Notes under the pieces: generated by a model
Told to the model about the DNA's origin: nothing
What the model saw: only the letters and a program-made list of their open reading frames with translations
Database searches by the model: none
From: Felis catus
Taxonomy: Eukaryota
Assembly: GCF_018350175.1 (NCBI RefSeq)
Contig: NC_058369.1
Location: 4,838,001 to 4,902,000 of the forward strand
Length of the DNA: 64,000 nucleotides
Reading direction: 5' to 3'
Translations under genes and position numbers: made by a program
Part shown: piece by piece, positions 13,789 through 28,260 of the stretch
Position numbering within the stretch: position 1 is the stretch's first letter
How the letters are laid out: the number at the start of each line of letters is the position of its first letter

Positions 13789-13990
13789 GGGGTTCCTAGG
13801 TGGCTTAGCTGGTTAAGCAGCGTCTGACTTGGGCTCAGGTCATGATCTCACGGGTTCCTGAGTTTGGGCTCTGTGCTTACAGCTCCGAGCCTGCTTTGGA
13901 TTCTGTGTCTCCCTCTCTGTCTGCCCCTCCCCTGCTCACGCTCTGTCTCTTTCTGTCTCTCAAAAATAAATAAACATTAAAAAAAAATAG
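13789..13990 (+). mobile_element. Can-SINE
   Basis: ggggttcctaggtggcttagctggttaagc...ctcaaaaataaataaacatt. Confidence 0.8.
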
Positions 13991-16900
13991 GCTGGATGAT
14001 CTTCAAGAAAAGAAACAAAATGAAGAGTTACCCTTCCAGATAGTAAGACCTATCATAAGGCTGCAGTAATTTAGACAATTTAGGTATTAGTACTAGGATG
14101 AACTATAATCCAGGTAGATTATAAATATAAAAGTGAAGGTGAAACAATAACACTTATAGAAAGAGAATATTTATATTCTTGTAGGACAATATTTATGTTA
14201 AGGTAAGCAAAGATTTTTAAAAACAGAGCACAAAAACACTATAAATGTAAAGGAAGATATTAAACTTATTATTAAATTAAGTTATTCTTAGAGTATATTA
14301 AAGTAAATTAATTAGAGTAAATTAAATTATTCTTAGAGTATATTAAAAGTAAGATCTTCTGTTTTTCAAAAGATACCGGTTCAGAGAATGAAAAGGTGAT
14401 CCACAGAGCAAGAGAGAGAATATTTGCAAAAATATAATTGACAAAGGGCTTGCTTCCAGATTACATAAAGAATTCCTATAAATCAAAAAGAAAAAGGCAG
14501 CCCAATTAAAAAAGGGCCAAAAGATGTGACCCAATACTTCACATAAAACAATATGTAAATGGACAATGACCAGGAAGCAGTGCTGAACCATATTAACTAA
14601 CCATCAGGAAAATGCAATTTAAAACTACAAGGGGTTTGGGGGCACCCAGCTGTCTCCAACAGTGGAGCATGTGACTCTTGATCTTGAGGTTGTGAGTTCA
14701 AACCCCATGTTGGATGTAGAGATTCCCTAAAAATAAAATCTCCCTCTAAAAAACAAAACAAAACAAAACAAAAAAAAAAAAAAGAAAGAAAAAAGGTGTA
14801 TCCCATTACAGAACAGTGAAAACTGAAGGCCAACAATGCTGGGTTGGTGTGTTATAAAGCAATGGGAACTCTCACACTTGGTGGGTGGAGATGATGTAGT
14901 GACACCTTCTTTGCAAAACTGGTATTATTTAATAAAGTGGAGCAAAGGAAAACACACTCCTAGATACCCACTCAGCATGAATGTATGCATATGGCCACTA
15001 AAATGTGCAAGAATGCACTAATTTCATTTATAAACTTATATGCAAAAGTTCTAATAAAAATACTAGTAAGCACCCAGTAGGGATCAAAAAGAAAAAAACC
15101 AAGGGACACAAGGAAAAGGTGTTCAGTGTCACTAATCATCAGCGAAATGCAGATCAAAGCCACAGTGAGATATCATCCCCTAGTGTCAGGATGGCTACAA
15201 TCCATCGAACACAAAATCCCAGACAAATGGGAACAGGCACTGTTGAGGATGTGGAGAAGTTGAGACCCTTGTGCACTGTTGGTGGTGGGAATGCAAAATG
15301 GTGCTGCTGCCATGGAAACTGGTGTGGAGGTTTCTCAAACATTGAACATAGAACTACCTTACCCCCCCAGTAATCCTACTTCTGGGTATAAACCCCCAAT
15401 AATTGAAATTGGGATCTCCAAGAGATCCTACACTTCCATGTTCATTGAAGCATTATTTACAGAAGAAAAGCCGTGGAAACAACCCAAGCCATGGAATGGA
15501 TAAAAGACAGTATTTTTCAGGCTTAAGAAAGAAGTTAGTTCTCCCACTTACTGCATGAAATTAGGCAGACACAAAAGGACAAAGATAATTCCACTTATAT
15601 GAGGGATCTGGTAGCCAAATGTGTAGAGATAGAAAGTAGAATGATGTCACCAGGCGCTGGAGAGAGGAATGGGGAGTTGGTGTTTAATGGGTATGAAGTT
15701 CTAGTTATAGAGGATGAGTAAGTCCTAGGAACCTACTGTAAAGCATAATGCATATAGTTAACAATACTGTACTGTCTACTTAAAAATTTTTGAAAGAGGA
15801 CAGATCTTACAGTAAATGTTCTTATCACACACACGCACACAAAGAAGGAAAGAGGAAACTTTTAGAAGTGATGGTTAAGCTTATAGCTTTGTGGTGATAG
15901 TTTCATGGGTGTTTACTTATCTTTAAACTCATCAATATGTACATACTAAATATACATAGCATTTTTAATATGTATGAAAACCATACCTCAGCGGAAAAAA
16001 TAAACGTAGGGTTTTTTTTTAAGCCACTAAAAAAGAAAGTGAACTCGCAATCTTTTGTGTTGTTGTTTTTTTTTTTTTTTGCTTCTTATGATACTTGGGT
16101 TGGTTTTTGTTCTTTTGGTGAGTAATTCCATTTCTGAAAGAATAGTAAAAAGATATTTTTATCCTAAAAATGTTTGTGGTCACATAGATGTCTTTACATG
16201 AGATTATCTGTGATTTTAAGTAAACATTACACATAAAAAAAAAAAAAAGTTTACCCAAAAATCTCACTTGACTGCCATGCAGAGAATGGCCTGTAGGAGG
16301 CGAGAGTGGATACAGGCAGCCCGTAGGAGGCCTCCGGAGATGAAACCCCGAAAAGCCTTAGAGTCTGACACATTAAATCTGTACGTAAAGACGTCTAAGG
16401 AAATGGCCAAAAGAATAAGAACAGAATACATTGTTTCTGAACTAAGTAGAAGAAAAAACTGTAGTGAGAAAAAAAAAAATCCAAAATAACGCAAGGAGGA
16501 AGAGTAAAAGAAATATAGAAAAGGAGGGATGGTCAGAAATCACAAAATAAATCCAAACCCATCAGTAATTGGAATGAACACAGATACTCTATATCTCTGC
16601 CACCTGAGACAGTGGGCGCAAGCCGGCCAGTGCTGTGGAACACCTGAAAGGTGGGCGGTGTGGGCTGAGATCCATCTGGTGCCACTGGGAAATTCACTGC
16701 AGCAGTATTTGGAGACCTGGAATCAAGTAAGAGTGTAAAGTATCTTATGAATCACTTTATGCTGATTACACTTTGACATGATTAACATTCTGGATGCGTG
16801 GGTAAGTGAAATGTATTATTAAAATTCACCATTCTTAAACTCTTAATTGGGGCTGCTAGAGAAAAATTATAGAGCTGGCTCACGTTATGTTTGCATTGGA

Positions 16901-17001
16901 CAGCACTGGTCTAAGTCCTCAAATTAAAAGACAAATACTGTCAGGCTGGATAAGAAAACTTAAAATCCAGCAACATGTTGTTTATATTTAAACATAAAAG
17001 A

Positions 17002-17220
17002 GGGGCGCCTGGGTGGCTCGGTTGGTTAAGCGTCCGACTTCAGCTCAGGTCACCATCTCGCGGTCCGTGAGTTCGAGCCCCGCGTCGGACTCTGGGCTGA
17101 TGGCTCAGAGCCTGGGGCCTGCTTCCGATTCTGTGTCTCCCTCTCTCTCTGCCCCTCCCCCGTTCATGCTCTGTCTCTCTCTGTCCCCCCAAAAATAAAT
17201 AAACGTTAAAAAAAATTAAA
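17002..17220 (+). mobile_element. SINEC_Fc SINE
   Basis: Consensus head and tail; TSD ttaaacataaaaga. Confidence 0.92.
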
Positions 17221-18536
17221 CATAAAAGATATAACAAGTTTCTAGTTAAAGGATGTAAATAGCTAGAGAGAAAATTGGTTTAGCCCTATTAGTAACAGCA
17301 CAGAGTTTAATGTAAAAAGTGTTACTAGATATAACTAAATCTCTGCCATGGAACTATAACAGTTTTAATGTGCATGCACTTTAAAACGGTCTTGAAGTAA
17401 GTGAAGCAAAAACTGACAGAACTACTCAAACGTGGACGGTATGAATTGAGATGTGCTGTTAGTATAAAATGCTCTGCAAACATTGAAGACCCGGAATGAA
17501 AAAAAAAAAAAAAAAAAGGAAGAATAAAATAGCTTGTGTTAGATAATTACACCACTGAAGCGGGAGATTTTAAAAACACCCCACTTGTCCATTGGTAGCT
17601 CAAGTGGGCAAAAAATAAGAATATAGATTTGGATAATGCAATGAACAAACTTGATCTCATGGTCACATATATGGAACATGTACCCAGCCACTGCAAAATA
17701 CACGGTAAAAAATGCTTAGGGAGCTGGTAGGAATGTAAAATGGTACAGTCACACAATGGAATATTTTTAAGCGTTAAAAAGGAAGGACATTCTAACACCT
17801 GCTACAACGTGGATGCACCTTGAGGACATTATGCTCGGTGACATAAGCCAGTCACAGAAAGGTCAAATACTCTATGGTCCCACTCAAATGAAATATTTAG
17901 AGTGGCCAGATTCATAGAGACAGAAAACAGAATGGAGTTGCCAGGGTGGGGTTGGGTGGGGAGTTACTGTTTCACAGGGACAGATTCTCAAGTTTGGGAG
18001 GGTGAGAAAGTTCTGGAGGGGGATGATTGCATGACAACATGAATGTCCTAATGCTGGTGAATGGTTAAAATGGTTTAAAAATGGTTTAAAATGGTTAAAA
18101 TGGTTTAAATAGTAAGTTTTATGTTGTGTATGTTTTACCACAATTAACAATAAAACTAATTTTAAAACACTTAGAGAATCTCTCTCTCTTTCTCCTTCCC
18201 TCCCTTCTTTCCACCTCCTTTTTTTTTTTTTTTTTTTAACCAATCATTAAGAAGCCTTGTAGTTTTCAAGGATGAGTGTGGGCATTTTGTTCATTGTTAC
18301 CAACAGGTGATAAACAGGCGTGAGAAGCCCCAAAATTATGCAGGAGGCAAAAGGCAGAAAATGTTCGTTAACAAAACAGAACACACGGAATGCAATGTTT
18401 TCATATCTAGGTGAAAATAGTTAAGTATCAAACTTACGAGATGTAACCAAAAGAAAAGAACAGAATAAATCCACAGAAAGCATAAGGAAGGAAATAGCCG
18501 AAATAAGGGTAGAAACTTTAAAAAACAAACATAAAA

Positions 18537-19059
18537 GGGGCGCCCGGGTGGCGCAGTCGGTTAAGCGTCCGACTTCAGCCAGGTCACGATCTCGCGGTCC
18601 GGGAGTTCGAGCCCCGCGTCAGGCTCTGGGCTGATGGCTCTGGGCTGATGGCTCTGGGCTGATGGCTCTGGGCTGATGGCTCGGAGCCTGGAGCCTGTTT
18701 CCGATTCTGTGTCTCCCTCTCTCTCTGCCCCTCCCCCGTTTATGCTCTGTCTCTCTCTGTCCCAAAAATAAATAAACGTTGAAAAAAAAAATTTTAAAAA
18801 AATGATAAAATCTGTTTTTTAAAAATCGGTAACGTTTAGGGGCGCCTGGGTGGCACAGTCGGTTAAGCGTCCGACTTCAGCCAGGTCACGATCTCGCGGT
18901 CCGTGAGTTCGAGCCCCGCGTGGGGCTCTGGGCTGACGGCTCAGAGCCTGGAGCCTGTTTCCGATTCTGTGTCTCCCTCTCTCTCTGCCCCTCCCCCGTT
19001 CATGCTCTGTCTTTCTCTGTCCCAAAAATAAATAAACGTTGGAAAAAAAAATTTTTTTT
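18537..19059 (+). mobile_element. Tandem pair of young SINEC_Fc SINEs
   Basis: Two head-to-tail copies starting at 18537 and 18839; the first carries four tandem copies of ggctctgggctgat. Confidence 0.92.
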
Positions 19060-19399
19060 AAAAACAAACATAATAAAAAGACCAAGATTTAGTTTTTTGA
19101 AAACAAGAAGAGATGAACTTCTGGTGACACTGGTCGAGCAAAAACCAAGAAAAGAAAAGGTGCAAATCAGAATTATTTATGATGGAAAAGGGAACATAGT
19201 GACAGAGGCTACAGAGGTTGAAAAGGCAATGATTTTATTCACCAATATGACACCTATTCACCCATAATTGTGAAAATGTAAATAAAATATACAAATTTCT
19301 AGAAAAATGTGGCTTAGAAAACCAAGTCAAGGAGAAATACAAAATCTAAAACAGTTAAAAGTCATTAGAGAAACTGGATAACAAACTAAAAACCTCCCT

Positions 19400-19400
<1 letters not shown>

Positions 19401-19436
<36 letters not shown>
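19401..19436 (+). repeat. (CA)n microsatellite
   Basis: About 18 uninterrupted CA units. Confidence 0.95.
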
Positions 19437-19439
<3 letters not shown>

Positions 19440-21187
19440 CCTTTCCACAAATAAGATGACAGATCCAGATATTTTTACAAGTGAGTTTTACTGAATATCT
19501 GTGTGACTCACAATGCTAACCATGTGCAATTCAATTCCAGCACATAGAACAAAAGCACACCCGTTTTTTTTTTTTAAATGAGGTCAGCATTGCCTTAATA
19601 CCAAAACCTGACAAGAATAGTATGAGTCAGAAAAATCACACACCATGGTCCTCCTAAGCACAGATGCAAAAATCCTATCTAAAATATATTAAATATAGTA
19701 ATGTATTAAAAAATATATCCTGATCAAGTTGGATTTATTCCATGAATAAAAAGTTGGATTAATGGGGCACCTGGGAGGCTCAGTCGGTTAAGAATCTGAC
19801 TCAAGTCTCGTTCTCAGGGTCATGAGTTCAAGCCCCATTTTGGGCTTCGTACTGGGCACGGAGCTTACTTAAGAAAAAAAAGTTAGATTAAGTTTAGAAT
19901 ACTGATGGATGTAATTCACCACACTGTCAGTTTAAAGGAGAAGAATTATGTGATGCAGAGAAAACATTTAATAAAATTCAACATTTATGTATGATTTTTG
20001 AAAAACCTCTTAGAAAATTAAGAATAGAAGGGGATTTACTTAATTTGATAGGGGCTACCTGAAAAACCTAACAGCAGATTCATCCTTAAAGGCGAAACAT
20101 GAAAAACATTCACTTAAAGATCAGAAATAAGACAAGGATGTCCAGTTTTTCAATGTTGTTGTGACAGCTACTGACACCTATCTCACTGTATATACCAGCA
20201 ACAGATGTTGGAAAATATAATTTCCAAATGGCATGACACTTACAATAGCACCAAGAAATGTAACACGCTTAGAAAGAAATCTAAAAATGATGTAAATTCT
20301 TTATGGAGAAAATTATGAAACATTCTTGAGAAACACTAAAGAGACCATTTTGGAAAAAGAGTTATACCATGTTCATGGATGGAAAGACTCAGTGTTATGA
20401 AGATATGCATTCTTTGCAGTTTGATCTACAGATTCAGTGCAGTTCCAATAAAAATCTCAACAGGGTTTTTCATGGAACTTGACAAGCTGAATAAAAGGCC
20501 TACATAACCGAGATAATCCTGAAGATGAAGAATAAAAAGGTCCTTGCCCTCCCAAGGAGGCAAGGACCTCCCAAATAGCAGGACTTACTATGTTCATTAT
20601 ATTCATTATATTAATGAAAGCAGTGTGGTACTGGTATACGTATAGTTGGATAGGGTTTATCTGCCTGGCTTCCTCTTGGAAAACGAAGAATGCTCCCAGA
20701 TAACTTTCTTGTCACCAGAATGATGACTATATGACAACCTATTGCTTCTTCTAAGTTGGATAGAAGTTTGGAATACAGACTAGCCCTGTTTTTTTTTTTT
20801 TCTTCTTCTTAGTTTCACAGATTGTAACTTAAAATTTGGGTACATCCTACCATACACGCCTACATTATATGACTTAGTATTTCTTTACTTTATGCCAAAA
20901 TAGGTTGTTACTCTGCATAAGTTTGATTTAGAATATGTGTGTATATCCATCCACTCATCATTCATCCATTTACTGTTCTATCTGTACACCCATCCATCTA
21001 TTCAATTGATCATCCACTTATCAACTGCCCATCCACATATTTATCCAACCATTGACCCATACATCTTCTCACCCACCCATCCATACTTTAACCCGTCTAC
21101 CCATTCATTCATCCCTCCCCTACCCATCTATCCACCTCTCTGTCTGTCTGCCTGCCTATGTGTACAATAATAGAAACAAGCTTGCAG

Positions 21188-21351
21188 GGTGCCTGGGTGG
21201 CTCAGTTATTAAGCATCTGACTTCGGCTAATCATGATACCATGATTTGTGAGTTCAAGTCCCACAACGGGTGACCTTGGGCCCCGCTGAGCTCGTACCCC
21301 GCTTCGGTGAATCCTGCTTCTCCTTCTCTCTTTCTCTACCCCTAGTGGGAT

Positions 21352-21382
<31 letters not shown>

Positions 21383-21424
21383 TGCCCCTTGCTCGCTTGT
21401 GCACTCTCTCAAAAAAAAAAAAAA
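21188..21424 (+). mobile_element. Can-SINE (older subfamily)
   Basis: gggtgcctgggtggctcagttattaagcatctgact head, (CT)n, poly-A; TSD aagcttgca. Confidence 0.8.
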
Positions 21425-24400
21425 GCTTGCAACTTCTGTCAGTTACCTACTGATGCATAACAAACCAGTCTAAAACTTAGTGGTTTAAACCAACAACTGT
21501 TGTATTTGCTTACAATTCAATGAGATGGCCCTGCAGGGCTTGCGGGGGGGGGGGGGGGGATAGTTAGCTTCAGCTCCAAAAGCTGGGGCAGCTCATCTGG
21601 GGCTGGTAAAACTATTACGGCTTCACACCCATGTCTGTCACCCTCCAGAACGTCTCTGTCCACCCGTCCTCACTCACAGGATAGCCATATTTCTTTGCAC
21701 TTAGGACTCTGAGAAGGCAAAAGTGGAAGCTGCAGTCTTCTAAGGCCTACATTCTAGAACTCAGGTAATTCACTTCTGTCACATTTATTCATCAAGGTAA
21801 GTCACAGTTAATTTATTTAGCCATTATTGTTTGAGAATTTACTGTGTATTAGGCACTGTTCTGGGTCCCGGCCGTAAGAGGGAGAATAAAACACAAAACA
21901 CAAGAGACAAAAGTTTCTGTCCCCACAGACTTTCTGTTAAGTAGAAACTCCGTACTCACTCACCTGTTGAGCAGGTCTGAGGTCTTGATTTCTTGTGGGT
22001 GACTTTTCTTCTCATCCATAATAGGTAGGGTTTTTCTAGACTCCCTTTATTAGAGAGGACTATTCTTCCAGGTTCCAGGTTCCAGCTTCTTTCCTTGGCT
22101 TGTAGATGGCTGCCTTCTCCCTGTGTCCTCACGTGGTCATCCCTCTGTGTGTGTCTGTGCCCTAATCTCCTCTTCTTATAAGGACCCAGGAGGGGTGCCT
22201 GACTGGCTCAGTCAGTAGAGCATGCAACTCTTGATCTCAGGGTCGGGACTTCAAGCCCCATGAGCCCCATGTTGGGTGTATAGTATACTTAAAAAAATAC
22301 CCCTTATTTAACCTTAGTTTTCTCTTTAAAGGCCTGATTTCCAAAAGCAGTCACATTCTGAAGTACTGGGCGTTAGAGGTCACCATATGAATTTGGGGGG
22401 ACACAATTCAGCACCCAGAACAGGGGGAAGCTCCTGTGTTCAGCTTTTTGGAACAAAGAAAAGAGGTGGAGAAAGCTCCCCAGAGAAATTCTAGGGGCAC
22501 CTCAAACTAGAAGAGCCTCGAGTCCTTCATTGCAGAGCCCAGAGAAGTCGCAGGTCCCCAAAAAGGAAATGACTCGACGGTGTCTCTGGGCAGTTGAAGC
22601 CACAGACAGCCTCAAAGAGTTTCCGGTGCCTCAGCCTGGCTGAAAATCAGCCTTGTGAGCAAGGCTCAGGAGCAGCAGAGAGTGCTCCAGTCTTGATAGG
22701 TCACAAGCATGAAAATGGAGGGCTGATGGGTAAAAAGCAGGCTGACAGTGGGCACCTGTGTGGACAGGCGAGAATCATCTGGATCCCTCCATCAGTCTTA
22801 ATGCTGAGGCGTTGGCTAAGCTCCCTGAAATTTTTGCAGTCTTGGGAAAGCAGCATGTGGGAAGGGTGGTTCCCAATTGACTGATAATAGCTTTCAGCAT
22901 CCTGGTGCAAAGGGCTCTCTGCACAAATCGAGTGGCATTAGGAGTAAAAAGGAAGTTATGTTATCTGCACTCCTTGCAAATTGTGACTTATGTATGCTTA
23001 TGTATTGCTTATATTATGCATATATATTGCGACTTATGTATGTGTTGCAGTTTGGGAGGACCCCGATAAAAAGATTTGGAGCCACACTTCCCCTCCAGAA
23101 GGCATGAAGCCATGCCGGCACATTGGTTTCAGTGCCGTAAGACTCATTTCTGACTTCTGACTTCTAGAACTAAAAGATCATCAATCGTACCACGTTAAGC
23201 AGCATCAGGAAATGAATAATAACACTATGAACCCTCGCTCCTCTTGAAACTTGTGGTCATCTCAGGCTGTCATTTATTTTTCCACCTTCATCTCTCTGTG
23301 CTTAGATTTCCCCCTAAGGTGGGTATTACAACACTACCCACCCCACGGTCATCGCGAGGATTGAGTGAGTTACTGTGAATCAATGCGCTTAGCACAGTGT
23401 CTGGCAAGCGGTGAGGACAGTAGAAGTATGATTGAGGATCCTTATTACTTTAAGAGAAAAACCACATAAACACATTGCTGAAAGACAACTGACATTCAGC
23501 CTCTGTATGGGAGACAATGAGGAGTGGTGGAGACTGGTGAGACCCCTTGCCCTATCCAACAGGGACAGCTACTGCCCAGCCTGGGTTGTTGTTCACAGCT
23601 TCCAAATTTCCAAGAAAATCCAGAAATTCAGATTTGTCCACATGCAAAGTTTTGTCACGTTTAAATATTGGCTACTAATTTCCATTTTAAAAACACACCC
23701 CGTGACTAGATGTGGCCTGTGGATGTGAGGTCACCTTTCATATAATCACTGAAAAGAATTCACACTTTAAATGTACACACGATTACAGCTATGCTTATGC
23801 AAAAAAAAAAAAAAAAAAAATCTACTGTGGATTAAAGAGCTCACTGTGGGCCAAGCTCTGGGAAACTACTTAAACACTCAAGCCATTTCATCTCACAATA
23901 ACCACGGTAGGGTAGAGGCCACTATTTGTGTTCTTTTACAGATGAGGAAACTGAGGCCCAGAGAGGCCAAGGATGGATCCCGAGATCACCCAGCTGGGAA
24001 ATGGCAGAGTGGAGGCCTGGCTTCCCTCAAAGACCCATTCTGTTTCTCTGAGACAATGCATCCCAGTATTTGAACACAGTGCTATTTAGCAGGAGGGACA
24101 CAGCACGATAATAGGAGGTTAATAAATGATTTATCATCATTATTTTTACTTCTACTGCCTCTGGGTCTTGGCAAGAGCCCCAGGGGCTGGGGGAGGGTAG
24201 GAATGCACACTTCAGGTCTGGAGGAAAGCTGATTGTGGGGGAAGGTGATATCTAAACAGATGCCAGAGCATGGGAGGTGAAAGCGGAAATCAAACAGATA
24301 AACTTCTCAGAAGTTGTAAAGTAGGTCAATGGCCTGGACTGGGGGCTCTCTACCCCATGCGCTATCTGAAAGTCTAGGTCTCCTGGTGCACCAGCCTCGA

Positions 24401-25674
24401 CACCTGCCTTCGGGGCTCTCTGCTCCTCCTCCCTCCTGCCTCCCTCCATCTTTCCCTCCCCTCCCCTCCTTCTCTTTCCATCTCCCTCCTACCCTACCCA
24501 TCCTCTTGCCCACCCTCTTTTCTTCCACTCGCTGTACCACCTCAGGGCCGGAGGCCCCTCCCAGGAATGATCTTTGGAGGCTAAACTTAGTGACAGGTTC
24601 CATCCTCAGGCGGAAGCTGGTGGCTGCTGGTGGCTTTGTAATACATTGTCCCCACACCTTGGTCTCATCAAAGCCACGGAAACAGAAAAAAACGGTGATA
24701 AGAGTAAAGGAAACTCCAGCGGGGGCTGGGGCTGGGCATTAGGGGCTGCCCCACCTCCCACCAGTCCTCAAGGGCAGAGAGGCATGAAGCTGTGTGCCCT
24801 TGGTGGGAATGGAGGGGGAGTCCAACATTCCTGCCTCTACGTCTGGAACATGGGGACAGCAATAGCTCCCGCCCAGGTATGTATATAAGGCATCTAAAGA
24901 TGTGACTCACACAAGATGCCTGAAATAGGGAAAGTGCCTGACAAATGCTATAATGGCCTTTTCTGTGTCTGATCTGATGCAATCTTTACAACAGCCCCAC
25001 GGGCAAAGCCGGTGTTACCTCCCACTTTGCAGATGAGGAAACTTAGGCACTGAGAGGTGGTGGGACTTGCTTGAGGTCACACAGGAGCAGGTGGCAGAGT
25101 GGAATTGGAACCCAGGACCATCTGACTGCAAAGCCTGTTTCCCTCCCTCCCTGTTCAGGCCAACGATGACAGCACTATCAACAATAATAAATAAACACTA
25201 ACAACAATAATCGTCTACCTCTGGGGTCTGAGCCCTCAGCTTTGGGTCCTGGGCACCAACACCTCCCTCCAGCCACACCAGGGTACATGCTCATCTCTAC
25301 AGACCGCCTGATTTGTATGCATATTGTTGTCTGCCCCTCTCTCTCCTCACTCTTCCCGTGTTCCCACTTCGTTCGAGCTTCCAGCTGGCTGCGTAGACCG
25401 CCACTCTGTCCCGATGTCCGCAATCAGGGTGCTTGGCAGGGTGTAGCCTTCACTTCGTCATCAGGAATGGGAGATTTGAGGGGGAGGCAGATCTGGGCAT
25501 GAGGCTTCTGATTTCTCCCACCCTTGCCCCCGAGCTTCCTACAGGGAGTTGGGCCAGCTGGGTTCAGTTTACTTATCTATAAAGTGACCTCCACAGGTGA
25601 CCCCATCTACCGCCCCTCTGCCTACAAGCCACCATTCCCCTGAGAAGAGACAGACCCAGTTGCAACATTTACCA

Positions 25675-25680
25675 TTTATT
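25675..25680 (-). terminator. Candidate TNFSF14 polyadenylation signal AATAAA
   Basis: tttatt on plus strand, about 1.26 kb downstream of the TNFSF14 stop codon. Confidence 0.45.
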
Positions 25681-26939
25681 TCCAAGACCCATGGTCAGGG
25701 AGCCCAGGGCTGCCGACAGTGGTCCTCATCCCAGGATGTATTGGTCTTAGCTGGGAGGAACCTCAGGCTGTGTGTGATGTGGTGTGTGTGTGACGGGTTG
25801 GGACCGTGATGCAGCATCTGATGTGATGTGCGTGGCATCCCATGTGTGACACTTGGTGTGACCGTATGGCCCCTTTGGGTCACTGTGGCTGTGATGATGA
25901 CTTATGTAGGATATATGTGTCATACGTCACATAATCTGACTGTGTGTTTGTGGTCCTATGACTTGTGTGTGACTGTGCGAGTATCTGATGCTTTGTGTGT
26001 ACGAGTGCAGATCTGAAGGGCACCTTGTGATTTTCTGTGATGCCGTAGGCATGTCCACATTCTCTCTCCATCTTCCTTTCCTTCCCTCTTTCCCTTCTTC
26101 CTTCCCCTCCTCCCTTCTTCTTTTCCCTCCTCCCTCCCTCCCTTCCTTCCTACCCTCCTCCCTTCCTCCCTTTCTTCTCTCTGCAAACATTTTCCAGGTG
26201 CCTGCTACATGCCAGACCCTGACCTGGGTGCTGAAACACAGCCGAGTGTCCTGGTGGGATGTGAACACCCAGCAGTGCTGAGATCCAGCCAGCCAGCTGG
26301 TGATACGTTGGTAGCCAGAAACCAGCCGTGACGGGAGCCTTCACACCAAGGAAATCACAAACACTACAGAGCCTCTCCCTCCCAGGAGAGCTGGTGGTCA
26401 CCGGCACATCCCTGCACCTGTGTCTCTGAGGGTGAACTTACACAGCCAGGAGGAGGTACAGCCACAGACCTGTGAGCAGATCTTGAGTGTGTGGCTATGG
26501 CCGTGGGGGGGACTGGCTGGGCTGTCCACATGGGTCAGTCTTGATGATGACTTCCTTCCTCCAACCACCCACACTCATGAGAGTGGGGAAGGCTGGGGTT
26601 GCCCGTCCTGGGCCAAAGTCTCTGGACCCCCACGTCCCACTCTTCTCTGAATCGAAAACATAAATACCCACCCCTCACCCCTTCTTCCTGAATATCAGGC
26701 AGATCAGCTTTCCCCCGGTTGGGGGGCCTACAGACCCTCAAGTCTCTGGGTCTTTGTCTTCAGTATTGCCCGTAGTGGCTCTGCAGTTTCCTTTGGGGCT
26801 CCAGGGGTGCCAGCTGGGTCTCCAACCTTCAGGGGTGGCTGGGTTGTCGGCCCCTGGAGGTGCCCGCTGAGCTCTTCGCTCGCCGGGTTCTCGGTTCCCC
26901 AAGGCACCCTCTGAGGGAGGCATCACTGTCACTCCTTTC

Positions 26940-27367
26940 TTACACCATGAAGGCCCCAAAGTAGGAGCGGGTCCCGTCACGGAGCCGGACCAGGCGCTCA
27001 TCCGGCACACGGACGACCACCTCCTCGCCAGCGTCCAGGTGCACCACACCTCCCAGGAAGCTGCTGTCCCACCAGACGCGGGGGCCGGTGGCTCGCCCAC
27101 AGGGTGACCGCCGACTGACCAGCAGCTCGAGCTCCTCGGGGTAGCGCGGTGTGCGTTTGTAGAGGCCATGCGTGATGGGCAGGCCGCTGGTCAGCCCCTG
27201 CGGGCAGCCCACGCCCCCCAGCTGCACCTTGGAGTAGATGTAATAGTAGCCAGCCCGGGCAATCACCAGGGAGCCGTCACGGTAGCTGAGGCCCCTCAAG
27301 AAAGCCAAGCCCAGCTTTGTCTCCCAGAGCAGCGGGCCCCCGCTGCCCGTCAGGCTGGAGTTGGCAC
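26940..27367 (-). CDS. TNFSF14: TNFSF14 (LIGHT) last coding exon, TNF homology domain
   Basis: [56 protein letters not shown]...[14 protein letters not shown] acceptor at 27368-27370. The four exons total 729 nt = 242 aa plus stop. Confidence 0.97.
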
Positions 27368-27954
27368 CTGGGGGCAGAGACAGAGGGGTCTGGTCAGCAT
27401 GTGTCCCTCTGCGGATGGGCGGGGGCGACGACTCCCCTCCGTTTTAGGTTGGGGACTTTATATGTGTTAATTCACTTTATTCCCACTTTGAGGGGAGGGA
27501 ACTGAGGCACCGAAAGGCCAAGTCACTTGCTTCTTACGCCCTCCCCTTGCAGGTGGGGAAACTGAGGCATGGAGCCATTAAGTGACCAGCCAAAAGCATC
27601 AAAACTTGTGAGTGGCATAACCAAGGAACAGAGGCAGAGCGCACCCCGGGCCAGAAGACTTGTAATCTCCATGCTCTTTGGTTTTTCTCCATTAAAATGG
27701 ACATATGAATAGCGCCTCCTTGAGATTTAATGAATTAATATGTATAGAGCGTATTACAGCCCGTGACACACGGTGAGCGCCTTGTAAGGGTTTATTCAAT
27801 GATATGAGAAATGCATGGACATAGGCAGCGGGGCAGGTCTGTGAATCAATAGTGAACGGGTGACTGAATGAATACTCAGACATGCTGGGTGTCTGTCTGG
27901 TCTCCCCAGGACACCCTGCCCCTCTCCCATGTCACCACCCGGGGTCCCCCTCAC

Positions 27955-27996
27955 CTGTGAGGTGTGCTGCTGGGTTGGCCTGGAGGGACCTTCGTC
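27955..27996 (-). CDS. TNFSF14: TNFSF14 coding exon 3 (42 nt)
   Basis: (G)RRSLQANPAAHLT(G); CAG acceptor and GTGAG donor; phase consistent with neighbours. Confidence 0.95.
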
Positions 27997-28260
27997 CTGG
28001 AGAGAGATGGTGAGCGGTTAGGGGCAGAGGAGGTGAGGGGTGAGGGCCAGCCTCCAGCCAGGGTCATCAGGTCCACCTCCTGGTGTCAACCCCACCCTTT
28101 CCGGAGTGCCCCAGACTTCTGCTTCTCAGGCCCGGGGGAGGGGCACCTGTGGAGCTCAGGCCAGTTGTGTAAATCACATTGGGCAACCGGCTGAGGGGGC
28201 GGGGGCAACGTGGGAACCATCCTACCCCCGCCCTCCCCAGGACCCAGGACTCTGACTCAC

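Larger units (their letters stand above)
12780..20640 (+). mobile_element. Mosaic of old LINE-1 (L1M-type) fragments interrupted by SINEs
   Basis: A-rich plus strand with decayed L1 ORF2 and 3'-end motifs (catggattggaaaatttaatattgtgaaaa; ggatgtggagaagttgagacccttgtgcactgttggtgg; catgttcatggatggaaagactcagtgttatgaagat). Boundaries approximate. Confidence 0.65.

Noticed and set aside
24252..24982. Possible extra TNF-ligand gene remnant between CD70 and TNFSF14
   Set aside because: The ORFs show no transmembrane segment or TNF homology motifs and largely reflect a pyrimidine-rich tract; only the 21-bp element is supported.
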